A DNA stretch of 64,000 nucleotides from Entomomonas sp. E2T0 (GTDB lineage: Bacteria; Pseudomonadota; Gammaproteobacteria; Pseudomonadales; Pseudomonadaceae). Location of the stretch: contig NZ_CP094972.1 of NCBI RefSeq assembly GCF_025985425.1, positions 2,963,540 to 3,027,539 of the forward strand. The letters run 5' to 3'. Numbering within the stretch: position 1 is the stretch's first letter; the number at the start of each line of letters is the position of its first letter. Position numbers and translations under genes: made by a program. Below the pieces are notes generated by a model that was given only the letters and a program-made list of their open reading frames with translations, made no database searches and was not told where the DNA came from. Below, in pieces: positions 39,248 through 48,871 of the stretch.

Positions 39248-40177
39248 ATGACTAAATCTATTCCCCCACTTTATGCTCTTCGTGCATTTGAAGCTGCTGC
39301 TAGATATTGCTCTTTTACTCAAGCTGCTAATGAACTATCTTTAACACAAAGTGCTATTAGTAGACATATAAGAACTCTTGAGGATATTCTTGGCTACAAT
39401 TTATTTGAAAGAAATGGTCCTAAGCTAACGCTAACAGACCAAGGAAAGACCTTAGCACAAGAGTTAAAGCTTGGTTTTGCTATTATTGAACGTGCTTGTC
39501 TATTATTTAGAGATAATCCTAATACCATTAGGCTTAAAGTACCCTCAACACTAACTGCACGTTGGTTATTAAAAGCAGTTAATATATTCAAAAAAGAATA
39601 CCCTACTTACCCTGTGCAGCTATCCAGCATATGGATGGATATTGATACTGTTGACTTTTACTCTGAACCTTATGATTGTGCAATATTATTAACAGATGGT
39701 AACTTTGGACCCAGCTATAACTGCTTTAAATTATTTGATGAATGGCTAATTCCTATTTGCTCTCCTTCTTACCATCCTCAGGAAAAAAAGTTAACAATTA
39801 ATGACTTAGATCAACTGGAATTATTACACCCCTCTTTTGATCGTAGAGATTGGAAAAGATGGCTTAATCGCTTAAATTTACTGGATAAAGTTGATATTAG
39901 ACGAGGCCAAGTATTTGATACTTTAGATCAAGGAATTTCAGCTGCATTACAAGGTATTGGAATATCCACCAATGATTTAATGCTTGTTTCACAAGAACTT
40001 TTTCAACAACACTTATATCTTCCATTCCCAAAAGCTGTTTCTACAGGTGATGGTTATTACATGGTTTGGCCTAAAGGCAATCCAAAAGAAAAAGCATTAT
40101 GTTTATTAAAAGATTTTCTTATAAATGAACTTCCTCCACTTTACACAGAGGGAGTAACCTTCTTTGAACTATCTTAA
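39248..40177 (+). CDS. LysR-family transcriptional regulator (GcvA-like)
   Basis: N-terminal PPLYALRAFEAAARYCSFTQAANELSLTQSAISRHIRTLE helix-turn-helix. Confidence 0.8.
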   Translation: MTKSIPPLYALRAFEAAARYCSFTQAANELSLTQSAISRHIRTLEDILGYNLFERNGPKLTLTDQGKTLAQELKLGFAIIERACLLFRDNPNTIRLKVPSTLTARWLLKAVNIFKKEYPTYPVQLSSIWMDIDTVDFYSEPYDCAILLTDGNFGPSYNCFKLFDEWLIPICSPSYHPQEKKLTINDLDQLELLHPSFDRRDWKRWLNRLNLLDKVDIRRGQVFDTLDQGISAALQGIGISTNDLMLVSQELFQQHLYLPFPKAVSTGDGYYMVWPKGNPKEKALCLLKDFLINELPPLYTEGVTFFELS

Positions 40178-40262
40178 AGATGCTTACAACGTTTCATCTT
40201 TATATCTTATAAATAAAGCCTAAGCTATCCACGTAGGTTACTTAGGCTTGTATTTATAATTA

Positions 40263-41024
40263 CTATTTATTTTTACGACTAGCTAATACTTTATTTAATA
40301 CCTCAAGACCTGCCTCAGCTTCTTGCTTACCAACAGATGTTCCAATAATTGATAAGATTTCTTTTATCTGTGCTTCTGTCAAACCTACATTCATTCCCAT
40401 ATTCATATGAGACTGTAACATAGGCTCCAAACCCTTTAAGCTAGAAAGAGCAGCAATAGTTGCAAGCTCCCTATCTTTATAGCTAAGCACATCCCGCTCA
40501 AAGATATCTGCAAATAAATGTTCCTTTAAAAAAGTTTCAATCTCTGGAGCAAATGCACCAAAACCAGATGTTTTACCAGGATCTTGCCGACCTGTTAAAC
40601 TTTCCAGTACTTTCTTACCTCTTTCATATTTACTACCTTCAGCCGTAATAGGAGATGCTTCACGGCCCTGGTTATCTTTAATACCTTGTGCCTTTCTTTC
40701 ATCAACTACTGATATAAAAGTATTAATACCATTTAAACTTCTTGGAAAACCTGCATAAGCATACATCTGTACTAAAACTTCTTTAATTTCATTAATAGTT
40801 AAGCCTGCATCTAAGCCTTCAGCTAGTGCCACCTTTAACTGTGGCAAATCACCTGTAGCTGTTAATGCGGCAATAAGCGCAAGCTTTTGCTGTTTAACTG
40901 TCAAACTATAATTATTATCCTGCACAGTATTCGCCTCAATAATATTTATAAAACCAAATATCGAGATAAAAACTATTGTTAGCAAAGAAATAAGTTTTTT
41001 CATTATTCCTCCTACCATAATCAA
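40263..41024 (-). CDS. secreted carboxymuconolactone-decarboxylase/AhpD-like family protein (two CMD repeats)
   Basis: Signal peptide followed by two CMD-like repeats (…LTINEIKEVLVQMYAYAGFPRSLNG… and …LTEAQIKEILSIIGTSVGK…). Confidence 0.55.
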   Translation of the reverse strand: MIMVGGIMKKLISLLTIVFISIFGFINIIEANTVQDNNYSLTVKQQKLALIAALTATGDLPQLKVALAEGLDAGLTINEIKEVLVQMYAYAGFPRSLNGINTFISVVDERKAQGIKDNQGREASPITAEGSKYERGKKVLESLTGRQDPGKTSGFGAFAPEIETFLKEHLFADIFERDVLSYKDRELATIAALSSLKGLEPMLQSHMNMGMNVGLTEAQIKEILSIIGTSVGKQEAEAGLEVLNKVLASRKNK

Positions 41025-41045
41025 TAGAACAAAAATAAAACTCAG

Positions 41046-42113
41046 TTAGCTATTTTTTAGAGAAGCCATATCAATAACAAAACGATATTTAACATCACTT
41101 TTTAACATTCGTTTAAAAGCTTTATCGATATCTTGCATAGTAATTAATTCAATATCAGCAGTAATTCCATGTTTACCACAGAAATCCAACATCTCTTGAG
41201 TTTCTGCTATACCACCAATTACCGAACCAGCCACTGCTTTACGTCCCATAACTAGAGGAGCAGTATTTAAAGTTGGTTGTATATCGCCTAAAAAACCTAC
41301 CAATACAATGGTGCCACTCAATGATAAAGTTGGAATATATAGATTAATATCATGTACATAAGGAACAGTATCAATAATTAAATCAAACTGACCATTAGCC
41401 GCTGCCATTTGTGTTTCATCTGTAGAAATAACAATGTTATCTGCACCTAAACGCTTCGCATCCTCCTCTTTACCTGGAGAACGTGTAAATAAGGTAACAT
41501 TAGCGCCCAATCCTTTAGCTAGCTTTAATGCCATATGACCAAGACCACCAAGGCCTACTACAGCTACTCTGCTACCTTTCTTAACTTGCCAATGCCTTAA
41601 TGGCGACCATGTAGTAATACCAGCACATAAAAGTGGTGCTGCTCCTGCTAAATCTATTCCCTCAGGAACTTTTAAAACAAACTTATCTGAAACAACAATT
41701 TTTTCAGAATATCCACCATATGTAGGCATATGATCATGTCGATCAAAACTATTATAAGTAAGCGTGTTGCCTTCCTCACAATATTGTTCTAAACCTGCTT
41801 GACAAGGGTTACAATGCTGACAAGAATCAACCATGCAACCAACGCCCACATGATCTCCTACTTTAAAACGTGTAACCTCTTTTCCAACACTAAGCACTCG
41901 ACCAATAATCTCGTGTCCAGGTACTACAGGATAATTTGTAGTCCAATCTTCATTTACATGGTGTAAATCAGAATGACAAACTCCACAATAAAGAATTTCA
42001 ATGACTACATCATCTGAACGTGGCTCACGACGCTCAAAGTTATAAGGTGCTAAAGGCGATTTAGCAGTTTGCGCTGCATAGCCAAGAACTTTCATTGTCA
42101 TTATTTTCTCCAC
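41046..42113 (-). CDS. NADP-dependent zinc alcohol dehydrogenase / aldehyde reductase (YahK/cinnamyl-ADH type)
   Basis: Catalytic Zn motif GVCHSDLH, structural-Zn Cys cluster (C…C..C…C) and a Rossmann GLGGLGH. Confidence 0.85.
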   Translation of the reverse strand: MEKIMTMKVLGYAAQTAKSPLAPYNFERREPRSDDVVIEILYCGVCHSDLHHVNEDWTTNYPVVPGHEIIGRVLSVGKEVTRFKVGDHVGVGCMVDSCQHCNPCQAGLEQYCEEGNTLTYNSFDRHDHMPTYGGYSEKIVVSDKFVLKVPEGIDLAGAAPLLCAGITTWSPLRHWQVKKGSRVAVVGLGGLGHMALKLAKGLGANVTLFTRSPGKEEDAKRLGADNIVISTDETQMAAANGQFDLIIDTVPYVHDINLYIPTLSLSGTIVLVGFLGDIQPTLNTAPLVMGRKAVAGSVIGGIAETQEMLDFCGKHGITADIELITMQDIDKAFKRMLKSDVKYRFVIDMASLKNS

Positions 42114-42315
42114 ATGAATAACTTTTATGAAATACGAAAAATCAATACTAGATAAATGAAATTAATAGGTATGCTATTGATCTGTATTCATTTCTTTTAC
42201 ATTTAACAATTTAACAGATTTATTTTTATTTTATTAGATAGCATTTCGTATATAGAGTTATGAAATAAATTCATAAATAAGATTTAAAAAGCTAGATTAT
42301 GCTAATTAATTATTT

Positions 42316-43212
42316 TTACTCCCCCTTATATCGTAAAGCTTCTACTAACAATTTAAATGCGGGTGATGACTGACGACGATTTGGATAATACAAATAGTAT
42401 CCAGGAAAATATGAACACCAATCATCCAACACACTTATAAGCTCACCTGTAGCAATATAAGGACGGGCTAAATCTTCTGGCACATAAGCTAAACCTAAGC
42501 CAGCCAAAGCTGCCTCTAACCGTTGTGAGGTTAAATTAAATGTTAACTGTCCTTGCACACGTATTTTTTGCTCATAGCCCTCTTTTTCAAACTCCCATGC
42601 ATAGATACTGTCATAGGTAGGAAGACGTAAATTAATGCAATTATGGTTGATTAAATCTTGTGGTGTGTTTGGTATAGGGTACTCTTTAAAATAGTCAGGT
42701 GTTGCAACCACAGCCATACGCATATCTGGGCCTATACGCACTGCAATCATATCATTTGCTATTAACTCACCTGTTCTAACCCCTGCATCATATCGCTGTT
42801 TTACAATATCGATCATTCCATAATCCACTGTAAGCTCAACATTAATATCAGGATAGTGTCGTAAAAATTCCTTTAACTTTGGCCAAACAGCTATATTAGC
42901 TGGATGCTCTGCAGCACTAATACGAATAGTTCCAGCAGGTTTATCACGCAATTCGCTTAAAGCTGCTACTTGAGCTTCAATTTCTGCATAATGCGGCCCT
43001 ACTGTTTGTAACAAACGCTCCCCTGCTTCAGTAGGTGAAACACTACGCGTTGTCCTAGTTAACAACCTTAAATTAAGCCTAGACTCTAAGCCTCTGATAG
43101 TATGACTTAAAGCAGACTGAGAAACACCAAGCTGAGCTGCCGCTCGGGTAAAACTACGCTCCCTTGCGACCACTAAAAAAACCAAAATATCATTAAAGTT
43201 TTCACGTTGCAT
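42316..43212 (-). CDS. LysR-family transcriptional regulator
   Basis: N-terminal FNDILVFLVVARERSFTRAAAQLGVSQSALSHTIRGLE. Divergent from the cupin pair. Confidence 0.8.
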   Translation of the reverse strand: MQRENFNDILVFLVVARERSFTRAAAQLGVSQSALSHTIRGLESRLNLRLLTRTTRSVSPTEAGERLLQTVGPHYAEIEAQVAALSELRDKPAGTIRISAAEHPANIAVWPKLKEFLRHYPDINVELTVDYGMIDIVKQRYDAGVRTGELIANDMIAVRIGPDMRMAVVATPDYFKEYPIPNTPQDLINHNCINLRLPTYDSIYAWEFEKEGYEQKIRVQGQLTFNLTSQRLEAALAGLGLAYVPEDLARPYIATGELISVLDDWCSYFPGYYLYYPNRRQSSPAFKLLVEALRYKGE

Positions 43213-43325
43213 TGATGAATTTTCCTCATAAGTCTATGCTAATTATACCATCTAATAATAGGCAATTATATCTGCTAAATTTATGATCAATACTGTAAGA
43301 AATAATAGATAAAAGGTTTAGTCAT

Positions 43326-43724
43326 ATGAAAATTATACAAAACGGCTCACAAGCCTCTACCGTAGGTTCATCCGATTACTTTACTGGCACTGTACGTATT
43401 GATCCACTTTTTCAACCTGAAGGTCATGCTCGCGCTAGCGGAGCTACTGTCACTTTCGAACCAGGTGCTAGAACAGCATGGCATACTCATCCCATAGGTC
43501 AAACTTTAATAGTTACTGCTGGCTCAGGTTTAATACAACTTTGGGGAGAACCTATTCAAAAAATTCAGCCTGGTGATGTAGTTTGGATTCCTGCTGGGGA
43601 AAAACATTGGCATGGTGCCACCCCTACTACGGCTATGACGCATATCGCTATTCAAGAACAAATAGATGGCAAAGCAGTAGACTGGCTAGAACAGGTTAGT
43701 GATAGACAATACCAAACAGAATAA
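43326..43724 (+). CDS. cupin-domain protein (cytoplasmic)
   Basis: Cupin His motifs AWHTHPIGQ…HWHGA. 132 aa. Confidence 0.65.
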   Translation: MKIIQNGSQASTVGSSDYFTGTVRIDPLFQPEGHARASGATVTFEPGARTAWHTHPIGQTLIVTAGSGLIQLWGEPIQKIQPGDVVWIPAGEKHWHGATPTTAMTHIAIQEQIDGKAVDWLEQVSDRQYQTE

Positions 43725-43754
43725 CTAAAAGCAAAATCTAATGAGGAAGAAAAA

Positions 43755-44243
43755 ATGAAACTTTGGCTAGTAACACTTACATCCATTACCATAGCAACCT
43801 CAGTTAATAGTTATGCCGAATTAGTAAATAAAAATATAACTGAACAGCAACAGATTATTACAAACCTAAAGTCACAATCCGCTATAAAAGGCTCTGAACA
43901 GTACTTTACAGGCAATGCATATATTGATCCTCTATTTAACCTAGATAATCCTTCACGATCTGTTGCTTATGTTACTTTTGAAGCAAACGCCCGTTCTGCA
44001 TGGCATACCCACCCTAAGGGGCAGTTACTGGTTGTAACTGCTGGAAAAGGCCTAACTCAACAATGGGGCGGCACTGTACATGAAATAAAACAGGGTGATG
44101 TTATCTGGTGTCCACCAAATATTAAACACTGGCATGGCGCCACACCCAACAGCTCAATGACTCATCTTTCTGTTGTAGAAGATATCAATGGTAATAATGT
44201 GAAATGGATGGAAAAAGTAACTGATGAGCAGTATAAAAAATAA
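43755..44243 (+). CDS. cupin-domain protein, signal-peptide-bearing paralog
   Basis: Same motifs (AWHTHPKGQ…HWHGA) as the upstream gene, plus an N-terminal signal peptide MKLWLVTLTSITIATSVNSYA. Confidence 0.65.
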   Translation: MKLWLVTLTSITIATSVNSYAELVNKNITEQQQIITNLKSQSAIKGSEQYFTGNAYIDPLFNLDNPSRSVAYVTFEANARSAWHTHPKGQLLVVTAGKGLTQQWGGTVHEIKQGDVIWCPPNIKHWHGATPNSSMTHLSVVEDINGNNVKWMEKVTDEQYKK

Positions 44244-44304
44244 ATCATCTAATCAGCTATAGATGATTTATTTTTAAAAAGCAGATAGTAATTTGGAATT
44301 AAAA

Positions 44305-44730
44305 TTATTGAATTAATTCACAGTCTAATAGAATGTTAGTTTTTAGAAGCTTACTTATTGGACAGATATTTTTTGCTAAAGTAGCTAACTCAAAAAATTG
44401 TTCTTTAGAAATATTAGGAATTTTTGCTTTAACATATATATGTGAGCTTGTGACTTCATGTGTAGTATCATCAATTGTTACCTCTACACGAGTCTCTAAT
44501 TGTTTGAAATCAAATCCTTCTTTTTCAAATACTATTTTAAACATTGAAGAGTAACAATCAGCATGTGCAGCAGCAATAAGCTCTTCTGGGCTTGTTTCTT
44601 TGGATACATTTTCTATATAACGAGTTTTATAAGTATGATGTAATTTATTAAGAGCATTACTGCCAGTAGTTATAACGCCCTCCCCTTCATTTAAAGAGCC
44701 ATTCCATTCACTAGTTGCAAAACGCTTCAT
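44305..44730 (-). CDS. OsmC/Ohr-family peroxiredoxin
   Basis: 141 aa with the two conserved Cys (…HADCYS… and …NICPIS…) of the OsmC fold. Confidence 0.75.
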   Translation of the reverse strand: MKRFATSEWNGSLNEGEGVITTGSNALNKLHHTYKTRYIENVSKETSPEELIAAAHADCYSSMFKIVFEKEGFDFKQLETRVEVTIDDTTHEVTSSHIYVKAKIPNISKEQFFELATLAKNICPISKLLKTNILLDCELIQ

Positions 44731-44920
44731 ATGACACCTTTAGAAAATATAGTTTTAGATACTGTATACAATTTTTCATTTACATTCAATATAGACAAGT
44801 AGATTATGATTGGAAACTTATAGATACAGCAGATAAATATGTATAAGCTAGATTTTTTAATAAAAATGCTCAAATTCATATAGGGATGAAAAGATAATTT
44901 TTTCAACATATATTATACAG

Positions 44921-44958
44921 AAAAAAGCCTAGTTAATTAATTTAACTAGGCTTTATAT
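44921..44958 (-). terminator. rho-independent terminator downstream of the autotransporter gene
   Basis: On the minus strand, a 10-bp stem GCCTAGTTAA/TTAACTAGGC followed by TTTTTTCTG. Confidence 0.5.
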
Positions 44959-44977
44959 GTAATGCATAAGATGAACC
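44921..44977. repeat. direct repeat: terminator hairpin plus a degenerate copy of the tRNA-Leu 3' end (att-like; distal boundary of the autotransporter islet)
   Basis: AAAAAAGCCTAGTTAATTAATTTAACTAGGCTTTATAT + gtaaTGCAtAAGATGaaC matches 48261-48317 (AAAAAAGCCTAGTTAAATTAATTAACTAGGCTTTATAT + ttggTGCAgAAGATGggaC). Confidence 0.55.
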
Positions 44978-45029
44978 TCATACTTATTTTCATAAAACGC
45001 ATTAATACAATTTTATTAACACATAAATA

Positions 45030-47558
45030 TTAAAAGCGATAGCTGTAGCCTAAGTTGAGTTGTCGTTGTTGAAATCTACTACCTTTAGTATATTCTGCAT
45101 CTAGGTAGATATTATGATTTTTATTAAGGTTAATGCTTCCACCTATACCACCACTTCTCCAATTACCTTTAAGCTTATAGTTATGCTTGCTTCCATTCAA
45201 TCTATAGGCTGCAAGGCCATCCATTTCTCGAAAGAAGTTGGTTTTTAGGTAAATATTAAAAGGTGTTAGGCCTGTTGATTGATAACCCAGATTTAGCCCG
45301 AGCCTACCTTGAGTAGTATGGTAATCACTTAAGTATATTTTAAGGCCATTACTAGCATTGATATGAACACTACTTTGATAACCATATGTAAGTTGCGCTT
45401 GTGGCTCAATATAAACTCCCTCTTTTTGTTGATTAAAGATTATTCGCTTACCTATTTCTAAAGAGGCGGTATAACCTTGAGTTTTGCCATTACCTTTAAT
45501 TTCCATCCCAGTTGTATCTTTGACATTAAAATGGTTATGGATATAGTTGTATTTGAGTAGGGTATCTAGATAGATACCATTATTATTATAATAAGTGGCA
45601 TAGAAACCCACATGGTAGTTTTTTACTGTACCATTTCCTTCTTGATAATTAGGATTACCTTGCGTATAACCTACGACACCACCAACTATTAAATCAGACT
45701 TGTTAAAGTCAAGTTTGGTATCTATACCACCTTGAGTGCCTATATAGGGCATATCGAAACCAGCAACCCCTTGCCCACTAAATAAATTTAATTTACCACC
45801 ATAGCTTCTTAACCAGAAACCTGTATTAGTGTTTTCAGGTTGATTTCGAAGATCACCTAATCGTTGTAGTAGGGTTTGGTTTTCTATATAGTTAGAAAAG
45901 TAACCTGTATTAAAGAAACTAACGCCTGCATTGGCGGTGCTTGTTAATGCTTTACCAGTCGCATAAAGTTTCCAATTTGTGCCATCTTTAATAAGTCTAT
46001 ATTGGTAACCACCTGCTTCAACCGCATTTGTTAGAGAAAAATCACTTATTCCATCCTCTGTTTTTACAACAATTAATTCTTCAGTACCATTAGTTGGACT
46101 TGAAGCATTATTATTAATAGATAATTTATGAGAGCCAGAACTATTATCCGTAATATTTAATAAGTCACCAGTTAAGTTACCAACATCTGCTTTCATTGCA
46201 AAAGTACCTGCACCTGAAAGGTCTTTGGTTGTAAGGGTAATGGGTGTAGAGAATGAGCTGGAGTTAAATTGCACAATACCGCCTGTATTTTCCATAGACT
46301 GTATGCTATTATCGGTAGTAAATATCCATTTACCTGATTTGCTTAGATTAAGTTCATTAACATTGGTTGTATTACCATTAAGTTCAGAATTAGTATTAAT
46401 TGATAAATTAAGTATTCCACCTGTAACTGAAGTAGCTGTACCATTGGCTACAGTATTATTGTTAAGCGTGATATTGGCTTCACCGCTCCTAGAAACCGCT
46501 ATTGCTCTACCAATTCCGCTATTTAAGATGGTTGAGTCAAGATCTATATTAGTCTTTCCACTTAAAACCGCTATTCCTACTGAAGATTTAGATGATAAGC
46601 TGGTATTAGAAACCGTTACAGTCCCAGTATTTGCTTGAGTCATTAAAGCATAAGCATCTTGTCCTAATACTTCAATTATGGAATTTTTTACATTAGCATT
46701 ACCTAAAACTCCCACTGAAACCCCATTAGATTGTGTACCTATAGTTTTAATCGTTGTTCTATCCAATGAAATTGTTGCATTGTTTACAGCAGAGCCAAAT
46801 GCAAAGGTGCCGCTGGTTTCTATGGTTGTATCGGTTACATTAATACCCCCCCCTTCTGTCGCATATATTCCAAAAGCATCATCACCAATAGTGTTAATTT
46901 GTGAATTAGTTAGGTCTATTGCTCCTGAAGCTCTAGTGTGAACACCATAACCTTGTATTCCTGTTGTATTAATAATTACATTATTAGCTGAAACTAATGA
47001 GCTATTATTAGAGTATTGACCTACACCCATACTAAACAAAGCCGCTGAGTCGTAACCTGTCGTTTTAATAATAGTCCCGTTTTTTAAATCTACTTTACCT
47101 CCTTGATAAGCCAATACACCATGATTTTGATTATTTTGAACTGTTATAGAACCTCCATCCATAGTAATTGAAGATCTCTTAGTCGTTGATTCACCATTAG
47201 CCAAAATACCATATCCTGATCCTGATCCTGCGGGAGCAGTTAAAGTAATGGTTGTATCCTTTAAATTAATTTCTCCACCACTAGCAGTGTAAGCTCCAGA
47301 AGTTTGTTGTAAACTAGAACTTAAATTTAAATCAAGACCATTAATGACAGAATTAGAGGAAGAAACAAGAGCAGAATTATTCAACCCTGTAGTAGTTGAT
47401 TCATAAGTCTTTGACGATAAATTATGTGCTCTTCCGTCATTTGCTACATAGTTGGCTGAATAACTAGGATTGTTAATTAATAAATAGCTGATAAACAAAG
47501 GGGCATAATTAAATTTTTTATTTATTTGTTTCATAATAATTATCCTTATAATAAGCAA
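45030..47558 (-). CDS. autotransporter (type Va) with a beta-helical, pectate-lyase-like passenger
   Basis: 842 aa with an extended signal peptide and a Thr/Ser/Gly/Asn-rich repetitive passenger. The C-terminal beta-barrel ends …LNLGYSYRF. Confidence 0.8.
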   Translation of the reverse strand: MLIIRIIIMKQINKKFNYAPLFISYLLINNPSYSANYVANDGRAHNLSSKTYESTTTGLNNSALVSSSNSVINGLDLNLSSSLQQTSGAYTASGGEINLKDTTITLTAPAGSGSGYGILANGESTTKRSSITMDGGSITVQNNQNHGVLAYQGGKVDLKNGTIIKTTGYDSAALFSMGVGQYSNNSSLVSANNVIINTTGIQGYGVHTRASGAIDLTNSQINTIGDDAFGIYATEGGGINVTDTTIETSGTFAFGSAVNNATISLDRTTIKTIGTQSNGVSVGVLGNANVKNSIIEVLGQDAYALMTQANTGTVTVSNTSLSSKSSVGIAVLSGKTNIDLDSTILNSGIGRAIAVSRSGEANITLNNNTVANGTATSVTGGILNLSINTNSELNGNTTNVNELNLSKSGKWIFTTDNSIQSMENTGGIVQFNSSSFSTPITLTTKDLSGAGTFAMKADVGNLTGDLLNITDNSSGSHKLSINNNASSPTNGTEELIVVKTEDGISDFSLTNAVEAGGYQYRLIKDGTNWKLYATGKALTSTANAGVSFFNTGYFSNYIENQTLLQRLGDLRNQPENTNTGFWLRSYGGKLNLFSGQGVAGFDMPYIGTQGGIDTKLDFNKSDLIVGGVVGYTQGNPNYQEGNGTVKNYHVGFYATYYNNNGIYLDTLLKYNYIHNHFNVKDTTGMEIKGNGKTQGYTASLEIGKRIIFNQQKEGVYIEPQAQLTYGYQSSVHINASNGLKIYLSDYHTTQGRLGLNLGYQSTGLTPFNIYLKTNFFREMDGLAAYRLNGSKHNYKLKGNWRSGGIGGSINLNKNHNIYLDAEYTKGSRFQQRQLNLGYSYRF

Positions 47559-48260
47559 AAAATCACCAGCAATGTATCAATCACATTGCCAATAACAAAT
47601 CCTCTCTTAACTTAAATTTACTCATCTAAATCAGTAGAATATTTCAAATAAAACTAAAAGATTTAGAATCTATAAAATATTACAAAGAGAATGAAAAACA
47701 TTTCCTATTACAGAATTAGCCTAATAAGCCAATTAACTTTCTTAGTTATTGTTATATAAAATCAATTACTTAAAGCTTTATAAAATAATATTTAAGATAA
47801 AAAACTTATGTTGTTTTTTAAAGTTAGATATTTTCGCAGGGCACATATTAAATTATTTTTTTAAATAAACTTAATAACTCATATTAAATCGAATTAATTA
47901 TACTTTTGTCTATAAAAGTAAACAACAGTTAATAAGTTTATTTTGATAAAAAGGGAGGGAGATTTTAACAATAGGCCTATACAAAACATCTAAACTATGC
48001 CTTGTTGAGTTAATAGAATCTAATAGATAATATAAACATGTTATTAGTTAGTTTTTTCCCTATTCATCTTCTTATGAGCAGTTTGTAGAAGAAACTAAAA
48101 ATAGCCACAACCACCATTATAAAATTATTAACTAGGTAGAGGGGAATAATTAAAAGTTATCCCCTTTTTTATGTTGGCCGCCCCTATAGGCTTTTTTTAT
48201 ACCCGCGAAATTAAAAATTAAAATAGAGTTTAAATTGGGGGTTAAGTAAATCTTTAAAAG

Positions 48261-48298
48261 AAAAAAGCCTAGTTAAATTAATTAACTAGGCTTTATAT
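48261..48298 (-). terminator. rho-independent terminator of tRNA-Leu (secG-leuU transcript)
   Basis: Minus strand: GCCTAGTTAATTAATTTAACTAGGC hairpin followed by TTTTTTCTTTT, located immediately 3' of the tRNA CCA end. Confidence 0.6.
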
Positions 48299-48299
48299 T

Positions 48300-48387
48300 T
48301 GGTGCAGAAGATGGGACTCGAACCCACACGACCTACGGTCACTACCACCTCAAGGTAGCGCGTCTACCAATTCCGCCACCTCTGCAC
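48300..48387 (-). tRNA. leuU: tRNA-Leu(GAG)
   Basis: The reverse complement GTGCAGAGGTGGCGGAATTGGTAGACGCGCTACCTTGAGGTGGTAG…GGGTTCGAGTCCCATCTTCTGCACCA shows a class-II tRNA with a long variable arm, anticodon loop cTTGAGGt (anticodon GAG) and an encoded CCA. It sits directly downstream of secG, as in E. coli. Confidence 0.85.
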
Positions 48388-48412
48388 TATCTGGTTTAAT
48401 TAATAATGTACC

Positions 48413-48871
48413 TTAGCTACCTTCTGTAGGTTTTGCTGGTTCATGATTAATTTGATTATCTGTTTCTGTTTGATCTACTGTTACATTAGGTGCCGAGTTT
48501 AACTCTACTGCTCCATTTGCACTAGGTGCAGGTGCATGATCTACTGCTGGAACTTCATCTACAACTGGCTGTTGTGGTTGAGTAACTGGCTGAGTAACAG
48601 CAGGAGCAACTTTATCAAATAAACTAGCTGAGGATTTAGATTTAGCATAGTAAGCTAAACCAATACTGGTAATAAAGAAAACAGCAACTAAAACAGCTGT
48701 TGTTCTACTTAGAAAATTAGCAGAACCTTGGCTACCAAAAACTGTATTTGAAGCACCACTACCAAAAGATGCTCCCATATCAGCACCTTTACCATGTTGT
48801 AGTAATACTAAAACAATAACACCTATAGCAACTAATAAATGAACAATAACAATAACTGACTCTAATAACAT
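48413..48871 (-). CDS. secG: preprotein translocase subunit SecG
   Basis: MLLESVIVIVHLLVAIGVIVLVLLQHGKGADMGASFGSGASNTVFGSQGSANFLSRTTAVLVAVFF… plus a longer Pro/Gln-rich C-terminal tail. Confidence 0.85.
   Translation of the reverse strand: MLLESVIVIVHLLVAIGVIVLVLLQHGKGADMGASFGSGASNTVFGSQGSANFLSRTTAVLVAVFFITSIGLAYYAKSKSSASLFDKVAPAVTQPVTQPQQPVVDEVPAVDHAPAPSANGAVELNSAPNVTVDQTETDNQINHEPAKPTEGS

Noticed and set aside
46225-46941. Plus-strand ORFs of 137 and 87 aa inside the autotransporter gene
   Set aside because: They lie antisense to the repetitive Thr/Ser/Gly-rich passenger domain. The compositional bias mirrors the sense strand. They are shadow ORFs.
47559-48260. The 700-bp AT-rich region upstream of the autotransporter as a hidden integrase or mobile-element gene
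   Set aside because: No ORF of 60 aa or more in any frame, no inverted terminal repeats and no recognisable integrase peptide fragments on inspection. It is treated as a decayed island remnant or promoter region. Two plus-strand hairpin-plus-T-run elements near 48141-48172 were noted but left unannotated.
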